Of a stretch of 64,000 nucleotides of DNA, positions 13,142 to 27,250 are shown piece by piece. The notes below the pieces were generated by a model. It saw only the letters and a program-made list of their open reading frames with translations. It ran no database searches and was not told where the DNA came from. The stretch covers positions 9,672,001-9,736,000 of the forward strand of contig NW_024704752.1 of NCBI RefSeq assembly GCF_018977255.1, read 5' to 3'. The stretch's first letter is position 1. Every line of letters begins with the position of its first letter. Source of the stretch: Callorhinchus milii (Eukaryota). Both the position numbers and the translations under genes were made by a program.

Positions 13142-15318
13142 ATCCTTCTGTTGTGATCATAAAACTTGCACTCCTCTTTGTTCTATAAAGCTCCTTTCCT
13201 TTACAATTGGAATCCATTTTGTTGCACTTTTCTGCACCTTTTCGAATACAAATGTATCCTTTTGGGGGGCATAAAACAAAAAATGATCAGTTCTACATGT
13301 CATATGGCCACTGCATTGAAAATTCTGTAGATTTATACGCTACTGCTCTGGCTTTAGATTCCAGCATTTTATTAGCTTTAGTTTGTTTCAGCACATTGTC
13401 CCAATATTGAAGTTGAAATATCTACTGTACTATCACAAGTAATATACTGTAATATCACAAGTACTTTGTTTCCTGTTCTTTCTTATGCGGTCTGATGTTC
13501 TAGCTCCACATTCCCATTTTAGGTTATTCAGATGTCTTTGATGAGATGTTATCAAAAATGTTCTGGAGGTCGTGTACTTTATCTGCAATACCATCAAAGA
13601 TGTTTGTGATTTGTCAGTTGTGATTTTTGCCTTCTAAATCCAAATTGGCGGTGTTTTATCGCAGTAGTTCTGTCCTTGTACTCCTACAGCCTATAAGCAA
13701 TGCAAGATTTTATTGGACTAATTAAACTAGTTTCACATTTTGGTTAGCAGTACTGAGTGTCAGCTCAGTGGCTTGAAGCTGCCAGTATCTAACCAGTTCA
13801 ATGGTTTTAGATGTCAAAACAATTTCCCCCAAAAGAAAGCCTTAACTTTCAAACTTATTGTTGTTGTAGATACTTCCTTTGCTTCCAGCTGTGAATTTAA
13901 TGACTTCATCTAAATAAAATAGTACCTTTATCATAAAAATGGGAATGCTATTTTTAGCCATAACTACCATCTTACATTTGACTTCTTATCGTGTAAAACA
14001 GTGGCGCTCTCTGAAATGTCAGAGTGTTGAATAGTAACTAATTATTTTTCTCTGGTAAAGATTTGTTGCAGTTTAATGTGCTTTCTGAAATAACTGCCCT
14101 GATGCCTTCAGAGGAGCAGCTGTGAGGTCTTCAGTGACAAGCTAACTATTTCATAAACCTTATATTTTCTCATTTATAGCCTCAATTGCTTCCACCTTAT
14201 GGATCAATTGAGTTTTAAGTTTCGAGACTTTTCAGGGTAGGCTTCATGTAAATGCAAGATTTTTAAGCCTCAAATGTTCACTCTATTCCTTTGGACTCTG
14301 CTGAATTTCAGCTTGTTTCAGTCACAGAAAGTTTAGTATGCATATAATGAAGAGGTCAGCCACCAGTGCAGCTCAGGGTTCTGTTGCTTTGAAATGTCAG
14401 CAAGTGTTGAATGCTGTCAGTTACCATTCCATTACCATTACCATTCCAAACTAATAGCTCTGCTATACCAGAAACTTGTTCTCACCTGTGTTCACAGTAT
14501 GGAAATACTGACCATTGTCTGTTATCTTAGATGCACTAATTATGTGGAAAATATCTGGTAGCTGAGTCGTCTTGGGGCCCTAACATTCTGTTTTATATCC
14601 CTTTAGTTGGTTTTATATCGGGAGTCATGCGAAATCATCCCTGAGATGAGTCCAGGTTTATCAACAGTGTTAGAGTGGATTAGGGTCAATTTTAGAGGTG
14701 TTTGACTTCCAATTTACAGGAGAAATATGATCATGTAAAATATTCCTTGCAGTTGACATCTTTCACATTGCGAGCATGTCTTGCAGTGCTTCACAGGATT
14801 TACTGTAAAATGTTGTGACTGTATTTTGTAGGCTAACAAAGAAATGCAGCACATATAGATGGCAAGGCTTCAAATAACTTGAGTTCAGCCCGTAAGCACA
14901 ATGTTAATCTGGGTATCATCTGTTTTCCATTTGGCGTGTAGATGTTTACATCCATACCATTCTCTCTCTCTCTCTCTCTGTACTATTCTGAACCTATTAA
15001 CAGGATTCCTTTTGGCTCCAGTTGGTGTGTCAGAATAAGGTGCGCATTTTGTGGCCAATTTTTGAATGTCTCGAGATCTGGATTTTCAAGGTGCATGGGA
15101 TTTTGTTGCCTGTTTTAGGAGAAGAGAAAATACTGTTAAAAATGATCCAGTTCCTTGACCCTGAATCTTGACTTTTGACCTTCCACCCCTACTGATCCCA
15201 CCACCAGCTTGGGTGAGAATCCCTGACTATCCAGCGCCTTGGGACGTCCTCTTGATGTGAAAGGCGCTACACAAATGTAAGTTGTTGGTCGTAGTGGGTC
15301 TGATCTTGTGACTGCTGA

Positions 15319-15657
<339 letters not shown>

Positions 15658-16026
15658 TGATCAAGTTCACTGGCGATGTACTTTTTCAATACTAGTTTTG
15701 ATGAGCTGTCCTTTCCCCACATACTCCAGGGGATTGCACAGGAGACGTACTTACTGTGGAATCTTGATGGCTTCAACATTTGGTTTATTACCCCCAGCAA
15801 ATGTGCCTTGAGCAGACCACCAAAAAACGAATGAAACTTCTCTGTGAGCAGAATGTGGTACTTGTCACTTTGATTCAGAGCTGTCAGTGCTGAGTAATTG
15901 AAAAACAATTCTGCAATAAATATTGAAGTCGGTTCTGATGGTGCTGTGGCACCAGAGGCAGTCTACTCTCTGATGAAATAAGTGAACCAAGCTGCACCTG
16001 AACCTCGATGTGTAAATGGGGTTCTC

Positions 16027-16050
16027 ACACACACACACACACACACACAC
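16027..16050. repeat. (CA)n microsatellite
   Basis: Direct reading. Confidence 0.95.
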
Positions 16051-16357
16051 AAGCTGTCATCAGGGATTGAATATAACACGAGTGAAAGCTCAGCAGTGTG
16101 AGCGGTAAATCACACTCTCTCTCAGCACAGCCTCTCAAGATTTCAGTTGTTAATAATTTGATTCACACAAAACATTAAATATTAGCGAGATTGACCCTTA
16201 CCTGTGTGTATGGCCTCTGTGTTGTGTAATTAAATGTCCATTTAAATCAAATAATTAAGCAAAATGCTCATGTAGATCTGGATTTCAACTTGAGACTGTT
16301 TGATCTCTGAACCACGGCAAAGTGTTTGACATGTTTAATATTCACCTTGTGTTGTAG

Positions 16358-16450
16358 ATGCCTAAAGTTCAGTACCGATCAAACTGCAAGGCATCAACAT
16401 TCGCCTACCCTCCTGCCCTGGAGGTGCCAAAAGAAAGAGAGAAAGAGAAG
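16358..16450 (+). CDS. PSMD1: PSMD1 coding exon (human exon 21 equivalent)
   Basis: tgtag|ATG CCT...GAG AAG|gtctgt; 93 nt; [31 protein letters not shown]. Confidence 0.96.
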
Positions 16451-17554
16451 GTCTGTATCATGTGGCATTTTTGTTTGTTACAAATTGTCATCCCCAGTTT
16501 TACTTGAAGCTCAGCTCCCCATAGAATAAACGTCCTGCCACCCTTTCGATCTGTGTGACTCTGTGCCACTACAACACATAAATTTATTCACTCAGCAAAA
16601 AAGATTTTTTTAAAAAAGCTATTTTATCAGATTGGAAGGATTAAATACTTTGTTCTTATCATGCTTTGAAATCTTAATAGTAATAGATTTATATGTGGGG
16701 AAAAGCAAATCATAAATTAGTTAATGGAGATGCTGTTGTTAAGCGGTGCTTTTGAATTTCTTGTTTAATTACTCTAAATAAATATCTTCTTTGCATTGTA
16801 CACATTTGAGATAAACAGGGAAGCTTGTATCTGCTGTTCCAGCCCAGTATCTTGTCTACAAAGCAACCCTGTGTCATTTTAAGAGAAGTGAGAGCTGATG
16901 ATCCGTAGTACGAAGTGACGTCTCTACTCAATGGGATGCAGGATTAATTAATTATTTCTTCAGTTTTATTGTGTTCCCGTTCAGATTGGAGTGGATTTGT
17001 TCTCTGTAAAATAGTGGAATTAATTTGACTCCATGAAAGAGCAAGCCAAACCACATGGATTACTGCAAAACCAGCATCCTACAACTGGAACCCACGAGCA
17101 CCCATCAACCACTTGTGTCCTACAGCAGCAGATAAATGTTGCAGAGTTTCATTCTACAACAATGAGGATGAAATGCTTCAGTTCCCAAAATGCTGTTCAG
17201 TACAGTGTTTCATATAGATTTCTCCAGTGTTTACTTGTATGCTCCTCTCAGGTCTTTGGAAACCATTTATGAGCAGTGTGTGAAGGAAGGAAATAGAAAC
17301 TGCCCTTTCTCAATTAATGCTGTTGCGGGAGAGAAGTTGGGGGACAGTGAGGGGGGAATTAAATGGATAGATAATTGTAATGTCCTTCAATTACTTTTCG
17401 ACTGCTTTTCATACTATAAGGTTTAGTTTTCTGGATCCTACATTGTACCCTGGATTTCATTGCTTTGTACTGTTAATTGCACTAAAGCTGTTCATTCCCT
17501 TATTTATGTTCGTAGTTTAGATCTGACGTGAGATATTTGATTCTTAACCTGCAG

Positions 17555-17662
17555 GTTTCCACAGCTGTCCTGTCGATCACTGCCAAAGCAAAGAAGAAGG
17601 AGAAAGAAAAGGAGAAAGAGAAGGGAAAAGATAAAGATAAGGAGGAGGAGAAAATGGATGTT
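17555..17662 (+). CDS. PSMD1: PSMD1 coding exon (human exon 22 equivalent), KEKE region
   Basis: gcag|GTT...GAT GTT|gtaagt; 108 nt; VSTAVLSITAKAKKKEKEKEKEKGKDKDKEEEKMDV. Confidence 0.96.
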
Positions 17663-18154
17663 GTAAGTATAAGCCAACTCTTATCTTGTATTTCTAAACA
17701 TGATACAAGAAAAGGCTAGATAATCTGCTAGGAGATCTTTGACTCCTTTAGTACCCAATCTGTCACTTCATAAACTTCTGACCTCCATTTTAGCATTTGA
17801 CAAATATAGCCAATTTGTCAAAGTTGTCACTGAACTTTGTCTCTTCCAAAATCTAAATACATCCACCTTGCACCTTCACTGCGTTGAAATCAAAAATCAT
17901 CGTCTCCTAACTTATTTCTTGCTAGCAACTCTGTCTAGAATCCATTATATCTTCTCTTTCTTTTGAAATGTAAACTTGGATTTTTCGTTTTCTCTCCCTT
18001 TTTAGAACCCTCATAGAAATTTTTTGGCTCAAACTGCCTGAGGTTAAAAGCAATGTTTTGCTGCTTTATACTGTTACTTACTGGCAGTTCTGTCAATGTA
18101 ACGTAAAGTTCACCTGTTGCACATTTATGCAGCTGCTTTTTAAAATGTCTTTAG

Positions 18155-18313
18155 GAAGAGAAGGAAGAGAAGAAGGATGACGAAAAAGAGAAGGAGAAGA
18201 AAAAAGAGCCAGAGCCAAATTTCCAACTGTTGGAAAACCCTGCTCGAGTCATGCCTGCACAGCTTAAAGTCCTGACCATGCCAGAGGGGTGCAGATACCT
18301 GCCCTTCAAACAG
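18155..18313 (+). CDS. PSMD1: PSMD1 coding exon (human exon 23 equivalent)
   Basis: ttag|GAA...AAA CAG|gtgaat; 159 nt; [53 protein letters not shown]. Confidence 0.96.
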
Positions 18314-21300
18314 GTGAATATGCTCTTTATAAGCATTGAGGCCAGCAGATATTCTAAATAAAATTGCTGATTAAAATTTACTGTACATAGAAGCACATCA
18401 TTTATATTTCTGTAGTGCCTTTTGCATCAGGAAGATGTCATTTTTATATACCACACAAAGACCTTGGTTATGAATGTACAAGTAGACGCGGTAATTGCCA
18501 GAATTATATCATGGGATGCGTTTCAAGATTCACACTAAGATTTCATGTATCCACCAAGATGAAATTGTATGTTATGATTTGTTTTAACAGTTGGAAAATT
18601 TTTGTTTCAAAAATGCTTATTTATATACTTGTCAGATTTGTAACTTTGTATGTAAATATTTTAACTAACTAACGTTTGCCTCTGATACGACGGGAAACAA
18701 ATGAGTGATTCTGGAATGGTCTGATTTTCAGGGGGAGGAGGGAGTAAGTTTGTTTACAGCTTCCACATTACTTGCAGCACGAGTCATTTATAGCTGCTAG
18801 TGACAAACTATGGAACAAACAACAATCTTTTAATAATCAGAATGACTAGCAGCTTGAGGGATTCAACGGTCAGAGCAAGAGGCTCATGACAGAGATGTTA
18901 AGCCGTTGTTCCCAAGCAAGTGTGAAAGAAGCAGTGCCATTTGAACTGGACTGGGATCCAAAATAATTAAACTGAGGATAGTGATTACAACCGAATAATC
19001 CTATCCAACAGCGTAGCAATTTAAAAATGCTCACTCAGCAATCTTGCAGGCTGGGGAGAGCGTTTTATTGGAAATGTTTTTCAAGTTTGTTATTCAAAGC
19101 ACACAATAACTTCACGTGGTTCAGAGATATTACAGTAAAATACAGGATCAAAACAACCACAGATATATTAGCACTTGGCTAAACTCATAAATTGTGAGTT
19201 GCTATAACAGAGAGCTGTTTAGAATAGGTTGTTAGGCCTCTTCTCCAATCCACAACAAGAGTTAATGCAAAGGAGTTTTTATTTTACTCCTAATGGGGCT
19301 CTAACCTATTAACTGATGCTGAGCTGTTAACGTATGATGCCATTTGTTCACCTTCAGCGTCGACTGAACCCTAGAGTCCAGCCACTTGATCAGGATTGAG
19401 GGCTGGAAATGGGTTGTTTGACACATCAGGTCTCAATCTAAAACAGTCGAATAAAACTCCTTTTCTCCCCAACTTTAAACAAGTTTGCAAAAGAAGAGTG
19501 CTAAATGATGTTTTTACTCCTTTAAAAAATTCTTTTAAACTCCAGCCATTTTAATAATAAGAATCATCTGTGCATTTGATATAGCACATGATCACTTCTT
19601 CGAGAAGTCTCAAAGCGCTTCACAGAATATACTCTTAAAGTGAATTGACTGTATATTTTGTGGGCAAAGCAATATTTTCATTCAAAGTGGTGACCTAACC
19701 AGGGTGACGTTAGTAAGTTCTTCTTTGTTTTAAGTTTCTTATTAATGATAGAATCACAGTTTTAATGATTCAAGCTCATTTGTTTATCCTCTAAATACAT
19801 ATTGAAGCTTCCTCAAATACTGAGTGCAAGTCACTAGGGTAGTGTTTTCTCAGCAGTGTTTACCTTTCTGTATTTGTTTATCTTATCTTATTAACCAGAC
19901 ATCCTGCTTGGGTGATTCGGGTGAACATTAAGTTCCCCTGGCACTGTTTCAAAGAAGAGCAGGGATTTCCAGTTCTATCCTGGCCATTATTGCTTCTCTA
20001 GCTAGCCTCAATTCTCACCAGGCTCCATTCTCTCCAAACAGATCAATTTAATCAATTCTCACCCTCATGTACATATCCCTTCATTCCCTAGGACGTTTCT
20101 ACCTCTCTGACTTGCTTGTAGCCCACTCCTCTGCCCGGCCTCTTCGCTCAGCTAACGCAGGCATGCTGTGTCTCTCCCAACCCCTCCCTGGCACCGTTGG
20201 TGACCGTGCCTTCAGCCGCAATATCAATCCCTGCGCTTCGCCCTCTGTTCATTTTAAGACCCACCTGAAAACCTTCCACCCACCACCCCATCCATTTTAA
20301 TACCAAATAATCCAATTTGTTGAATTCACATGCATTTGTTTCTTTCAAATACAAATATTTCTTGAGCTGTGTCTATAACTGGCAATCTGCAGACTTACAC
20401 TTCAGAGTTCTAGCTCTAATTGTGTTTTTTTGACAACATGTTAGTTTCCACCAATACGGTGTTTCTCTACTTGTAGAGAACAATGGATCTGTGTGCACAA
20501 ATCTTTTGTCAGCACACTTGCATAAATATTCATACAAAATGTATTCTGTATCATTCCAGCTGACACATTGGCACTTACGTGGTTGTGTGTGAATCCAGGC
20601 GATGACAAGTGATTAGTGAATGTGTTTAACATCCATCAGTCTGAAGGACAGTGGCGACAGAGCCTGTACAATTTGGTTGAGTTCCTCTTATATTTGGTCC
20701 CTGTTAGACATGCTGTACGGTTACCACTGAGACATTGCCTACTTGTACCATGTGTCAGGACAGTGAGTCATTAGTACACAGACTGATGGGGACAGAGATC
20801 CAAAATATTAGCAGCACTCACTTTAAATATCGTAATCGGAAACATTGGATGCAGTTCAGCTTGACCTTTCTTTATCATTTGTTCTACCTGATACTATTTC
20901 TGACCACCATTTGAAGATATTGACTCCATACTTGGGTTGTCTTAGCTGGGTTCACTAGGTGGATAATTTGGATCAGCTCCAAGAATTGAAATTATAAAAG
21001 GTTTAAAATTATTATTCATTATAAGTTACTAAATCACTCACATCGAGGGTAGGAGGAGCTGAAAGCTCTAATAAGCACTGACATCCAGTTATTCCCCATT
21101 TATCTATTCTTTCCTTCTCTCTCTCTCTCCTCCCTCTGGCCCCCCCTCCCCCCCACTCCTGCACCACAAAAATATTAACAACACATATTAGTTGCCTGTT
21201 TTAAATTCCGAAATCATAAGGGTAGCCAGTCCTATTTGGGACGTAATTGTCAGTGTGTTCTTCGGACATTCATTCGGCTTGTCAGTTATTATGATATCAT

Positions 21301-22454
21301 TAACCCATTGTGCAAATTTATTGGACTGCAGCACAGATTTCAAGTCCCCATGGGATTGGGAGATTTTCATTTATAATCGGTTCACGGTGATCAATCATAC
21401 TCTGGGGTTCATAAGCCTTACCTATGCAAACCTGAGCTGGGAAGCCAGCCAAATTTCTGCACCCAATCACAGCCATCACTGGTCACATAATTGGTGCCAC
21501 CAGGATATGGAAGCTCTGAATAGCAATCGCCAAGCATTCTAGGATGTGCTGGGACTTTATAGATTCCCAACTACTGGGTTATAACGGTTCTAATGTGTAT
21601 GGAGGTATTAAGCACGGTGATAGGTTTGCGGTTATATCCGAAGCGTTGCAAACCCAAAGATTTGAGAGTAATGTCTCTAGTTCGAATGCTAAAGAAACCT
21701 TGCTGAATAAGTTTTGTATTATGAAAAACCAAGATAAGCTGTTCTTGTAGCTGTTTAAAAGAAACTTCACGTTTTGATGCCTCAGCTTGTCAAGGTGATA
21801 TGTTATGATCTCCATATACAGGCAGAGTGAAGCTGCGTTATTCAAAGGCAGTGTGAAACTGTTATTTAGGAGAAGAAGCACTTTGATCAAAATTACAGCT
21901 TATAAGCACTTCTACACTTTCAAATCAAATGGCTGTCGGTCACCATTGACTCGCATGCTGCTCTCACTCGTGTAAACTCTGCCTAAATGACAAGTCTCAA
22001 AATTCAAGAAAACTTTACAACAGGTAACATATATTCACATTTTTATTTGAAACAATAACTACATTCTAATACATGTTTGCATTTTCTGACTGTGGGTCAG
22101 TTTATGGAACCCTTGCATTGTACACACTTGTCTGAGGCAGGACACCATTATAATCTTTCGTACAGTGAGTGACTTGAAGCTATGAGCACTAATGTCACAA
22201 TGGAGCAATAGGCACTTTGATCTATTCTAATGTGCCAATGTTGCCCCTTTACCGGAGTAGTAGTAGATGCTTACTATAGAGTAACGTATGATATACCACA
22301 ACCTGTGATCTATTCAGCATTCCTCACTTGTATACAAAGAGAAGCTCTTTTATGACCTGTAGTATTGGGCTTCTGAAAAGAAACGCATCTGTATATTTTT
22401 GCTATTCCTATTTAAATTGCGCCAGAGATTGTGGAGAAAAAGGTTCAAGTTTGT

Positions 22455-25400
22455 TGCTGCCGCAGTTGACCCGAGCTGTTTCTCCAAGACGTTCCCGTTC
22501 CCTTCCCTCCACTACTCCCGCTCAACCCTCCTCTCCCTCTGCCTGCACCGACTCCTGTCCCTCCTCGACTCCCCAACGGCCTCCCTCTGCTCCTCCCTTC
22601 ACATTCTTTGTTGTGCCCACTGTGGTAGACACCGTCGGCTGTCCTGCAGCATCCATCCTGATTGCGTCTTCCCCCACTCTCGTCACAAGGCCCACCGGCC
22701 TTCACTCACGGGAGCCAACCTTTCCTCCCTCACTCACATCCCCATCTAATCCGTCTGCCCACCTCTCATCCCCCCCCACACTCCCACCACTAACTGTCCC
22801 CTCTGCAGAACGTTCGCTCATTAACCAACAAATCCCTCACAATCCATGACCTGACGTCGAGGAAAAAATATCGACATCCTCAACGAAACCTGGGTCACCC
22901 CAGGCGACACCTTCCCACTAGTTGAGGCCACACCTCCGTTACACCTTTCACCAAACCCCACAGCCTAATCGCCATGGCGGTGGTGTGGCTCTCATCTCCC
23001 AGTCCCCCCTCGGCCTTTCCCCTTACTCCTCTGGAACCTTCCCCTCCTTTGAACACCTTACCCTCTATCCACCCCTCCAGGCTTTTTCAAAATCCTTCTT
23101 GTTTACCGTCCCCCCACCTTCCTCTCGGGCATCTCCACCCTCCTGTCTTAGGTGATTTCAACCTCCACTTCACCCCCTCCTGCTCTAGCTCTACCGACTT
23201 CTCCTCCCTCCTCTCTTCCCTTAACCTCTCCCTCCTCATGCATTACCCCACCCATGGCCACCCCCTTGACCTGGTGATCACCCGGGGCCTCACCGTCTCA
23301 GACATCACCATCGTCGATAAATCCATCTCGGACTACCACTTTATCTCCCTCAACACCTCAGTACCCCATCCCCTTTCCCAACTCTCCACCATTACATACC
23401 ATCCATGGAAAAAATTTCCTCCGTCTCCCTCTCCACTGCCCTGGAGTCATCTGAACTCCACCTCTAGCCCTCACTGACCGATCTCCCTTCCTCACTCTCC
23501 TTTCTCCACAACTCCCTCTCCTCCATTCTGGAATCCCTTGCCCCCCTCATCTCCCGAACTGCCTCATACTCCCGTAAATCCCCCTGGTACACCAGCCATC
23601 TCCGTTCCCTCAAGGCACAAGTGCAAGCTGCCGAACGCGCCTGGACCAAATCCAAACTAACGGTCCATTGGCAGATTTGGTTTCACCACACCTACCAGAC
23701 CTACCGCTGTGTTCTTGCCTCCGCCAAATCCCCCTTCTACTCCAAGGTTATTTTGGAGGGAAAGGACAACCCCAGGCTTCTCTTTTCCACCACTAACCAT
23801 CTCCTCCATCCACCTTTCCATGCCTCGCCCATCCTCTCCTCAAACGCCGTGAGGAGATGCTGGACTTCCTCGAATCTAAAATCGAGGGGATACGTTCAAC
23901 CACTTCAGCCCTGTCCACAGCCACCCCCACATCACCTCTCCCTCATGACCCACCCCCCACCCATCCCCCCCTATACTCTTTCAACCCTGTCTCTCCCTCC
24001 TCCCTCACCACGACTCTCCGCAAACTCAAACCCACCACCTGCTCTCTCGATCCCATCCCCACCTCTCTCCTTGTCTCCCAGCTCCACCTTCTGGCTCCTC
24101 TCCTGTCTGATGTCATCAACCTCTTCTTATCCACCAGTTCAGTTCCCACCCTCCTAAAAACAGACGTCATTACCCCCATCTTGAAAAACCCTTCCCTGGA
24201 ACCATCCCTCCTCTCCAGCTACTGCCCCATCTCTAACCTCCCATTCCTCTCCAAGGTCCTGGAATGAGTCGTCGCGTCCCAGCTCCGCTCCTTTCTCTCT
24301 TGCCATTCCCTCTTTGAACCCCTCCAATCCGGCTTCCGCGCTGCCCACAGCACGGAAACAGCCCTGCTCAAAGTCACTAATGACATTCTGAACATCTGTG
24401 ATCAAGGCTCCCTCTGCCTCCTTGTCCTCCTCGACCTCTCTACCGCCTTCAACACTGTCACCGCCTTCAATCTTCGCGGACCTGCCCTTGCCTGGTTCGA
24501 TTCCTATCTCTCTCACCGTCTCCACTTTGTTGCCTCTAACGGTTTCTCCTCCAGCCCCCGCACTATCACGTCTGTAGTCCCCCAGGGCTCTGTCCTTGGC
24601 CCTCTCCTCTTTAACATCTACATGCTCCCCCTTGGTGACATCATCCGCAGACATGGGGTCAATTTCCACATGTATGCGGATGACACCCAACTCTATCTTT
24701 CTGCCTCCACCCTCAACTCCAGGACCACTGCTGTCCTGACAGACTATCTGTCGGACATCGTCCTGGATGAGGGGAAATTTCCTTCAGTTGAATGTGAACA
24801 AGACTGAGGCCTTCCTGATTGGCTCGCGCCAGCTCCTCAGGCTCTGGCAGCATCAACTTCCATGGTTGCACACTACAACTCACCAAACCAGTCAGGAACC
24901 TAGGTGCCTTATTCGACCCTCAACTGTCTTTTCTCCCCAACATTCAAGCCATGACCCGCTCTGTCTTCCCTCACCTCTGTAACATCGCCCGACTCCACTA
25001 CCTCACCCCTCAGGCCGCTGAAACTCTTGTTCATGCCTTCATCATCTCCAGGCTCAACTATGCAAACGCTCTGCTTGTCAGCCTTCCCAACTCCTCCCTC
25101 CACAGGCTGAAGATAATCCAGAACTCTGCAGCCCGTATCCTCTCCCACGCCAAACTCCATGACCCCATCTCCCCCATTCTCGCCCGACTCCATTGGCTCC
25201 CTATCCTTCAGAGGATCTAGTTCAAGATCCTGGTCCTCACATACAAAGCCCTCCATGGCCTCGTCCCACCCTACCTCTGCGACCTCGTAACCCCCTACCA
25301 ATCCACCCATTCACTCCGCTCAGCCAGCTCTGGCCTGTTCCACGTCCCCCAACCTATCCGCTCCACCATTGGTGGGAGAGCCTTCAGCCACTCTGCCCCC

Positions 25401-25618
25401 AACCTCTGGAATTCCATCCCCCAGTCGCTCTGCCTCGCACCCTCCTTATCCTCCTTCAAGTCCCACCTCAAGACCCTCCTCTTCGACCATGCCATCGGCC
25501 ACCCCCCTTCCCCTCCCCTCCCTTTCCCCCCACCGACCCCAGCTCGGGTCTGAAATGCTACAGCACCTTGAGACATCCTCCCGATGTGAAAGGTGCTAGA
25601 CAAATGTAATCTTGTTGT
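22455..25618 (+). mobile_element. Near-full-length, degenerate single-ORF L2-clade LINE
   Basis: Frameshifted APE endonuclease (NETW, GGGVA, LGDFN, LDLVITRG), RT ([22 protein letters not shown] at 24673), LHWLP C-terminus, 3' stem-loop and ttg tail; 5' boundary approximate. Confidence 0.93.
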
Positions 25619-25651
25619 ATTTTGCTTAAAAAAAACTTGGAATGAATTTAA

Positions 25652-25849
<198 letters not shown>

Positions 25850-25872
25850 ATTGGTGAGCGTTAATAGTTGGC

Positions 25873-26110
25873 GGGCGCGCCAGCCTTCAGCCTCTCTGTC
25901 ACTACCCTCTGGAATTCCATCCCACAGTCCCTCCGCCTCGCCCCCACCCTTGCCTCCTTCAAGACCCTCCTCTTTGACCATGCCTTCGTTCAACCTCCCA
26001 CCTCTACCCTCCCCGCCCTCTACCCCTTCTGATCCCTGACTGTCCAGCGCTTTGGGACGTCCTCCTGACGTGAAAGGCACTTATACAAATTTAATTTGTT
26101 ATTGTTGTTG
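25873..26110 (+). mobile_element. L2 3' fragment
   Basis: gccttcagcc...ctctggaattccatccc...gacgtgaaaggcac, ttg tail. Confidence 0.85.
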
Positions 26111-27058
26111 GGTTCCAAACACTGAGTTTTATTAGCAAAGTGCTGATTGTGAGATTGTGACCCTGAGATCCTAGCTCTAGCCTCCTACCAGAACTTCAGC
26201 TCCTAACATTAATGCAGTACTGCTTTGTTGATAACACAAAACTTTGAAAGAAATATTAAACCAAGGTTGTTATCATTTTGAATTAAATTACTTAAATAAA
26301 CGTAACACTGGAATTGCTTCCTAAAGGTTGGAATCCTAGTTCCCATTTACGAAGTTATGGGGAATGTTAATGTAACAGACATCCAGTCAATTTTCCAGTC
26401 AATCCAGAAACTGCATCTGTAATGTTAAATTCTTCAATAGGAGCTCCTCCTTAGCTTTTCCATAGTTTCCACATGTTCAAGTGGCAGCAAAAAAGAGAGA
26501 CCAGAGACCTTCCTATTGTTAATTTACTCTCAGCAATTAATAACAACCACAATTTATATAGCGCCCTCCACGCCGGACGGCATCTCAGAGCGCTTCACAG
26601 ATTTGATTAACTTTTTAAATTGACTAGAGAAGAAAACTGCACTGATTGCCAGTGTTTGGAAGAATGAACTATAGAGACTGAGAGAATATAAGGGCTTGAA
26701 AGGTGGGATAGGAAGAATCGTATGCAGGTATATAAGATTCTTAACTGAATTGGGAAATATAATTACAAAGAGAATCAGATACATTAAACTAATCAAATAG
26801 TGACGCAAGCTTAAATATGGTGATCCTGTCTCTATGTTCCATCCCTATATAACAATTAAACTGCTTTACCTTATCAGAGAGCACTTGCTTGTCTGCAGGG
26901 TTGTTGATTCCACAAGACTCTAATTTACTGCAAACTTCGAAATGATTGAGTGCATTATTACACTTTTAAAAAATTAAAGTTTTCAGCCAAAGTAAGAAAT
27001 ATTTCGCAGAAAGTTGGTTGTGAAAGCTTCACTCTGGTTATTTTGTTTTTTTCTGTAG

Positions 27059-27250
27059 GTTGACCCTGTTCTGAGGTGCTACTTTGTTTTGGAGATGCCA
27101 TTTAAGGCTTGTGATGCACCATGTGCTCCTACAGTGCCAGCAGTTGCTGCAATCACATTCATTCTACTAGTAACTTAGAATAGCTACAAGGCATATTGTA
27201 TACTGTTAACTTTTACAGAGATTAATAAACCTCTTGTGTTAAACCACTTT
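27059..27250 (+). other. PSMD1: PSMD1 non-coding terminal (3' UTR) exon
   Basis: Strong acceptor ttttgtttttttctgtag|g at 27058; AATAAA at 27224; T/GT-rich tract downstream; human PSMD1 also has a UTR-only last exon; 3' end approximate. Confidence 0.8.
27224..27229 (+). terminator. PSMD1 polyadenylation signal
   Basis: AATAAA followed about 20 nt later by ttttggttctgtttttgatttcattgtttgtt. Confidence 0.75.
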
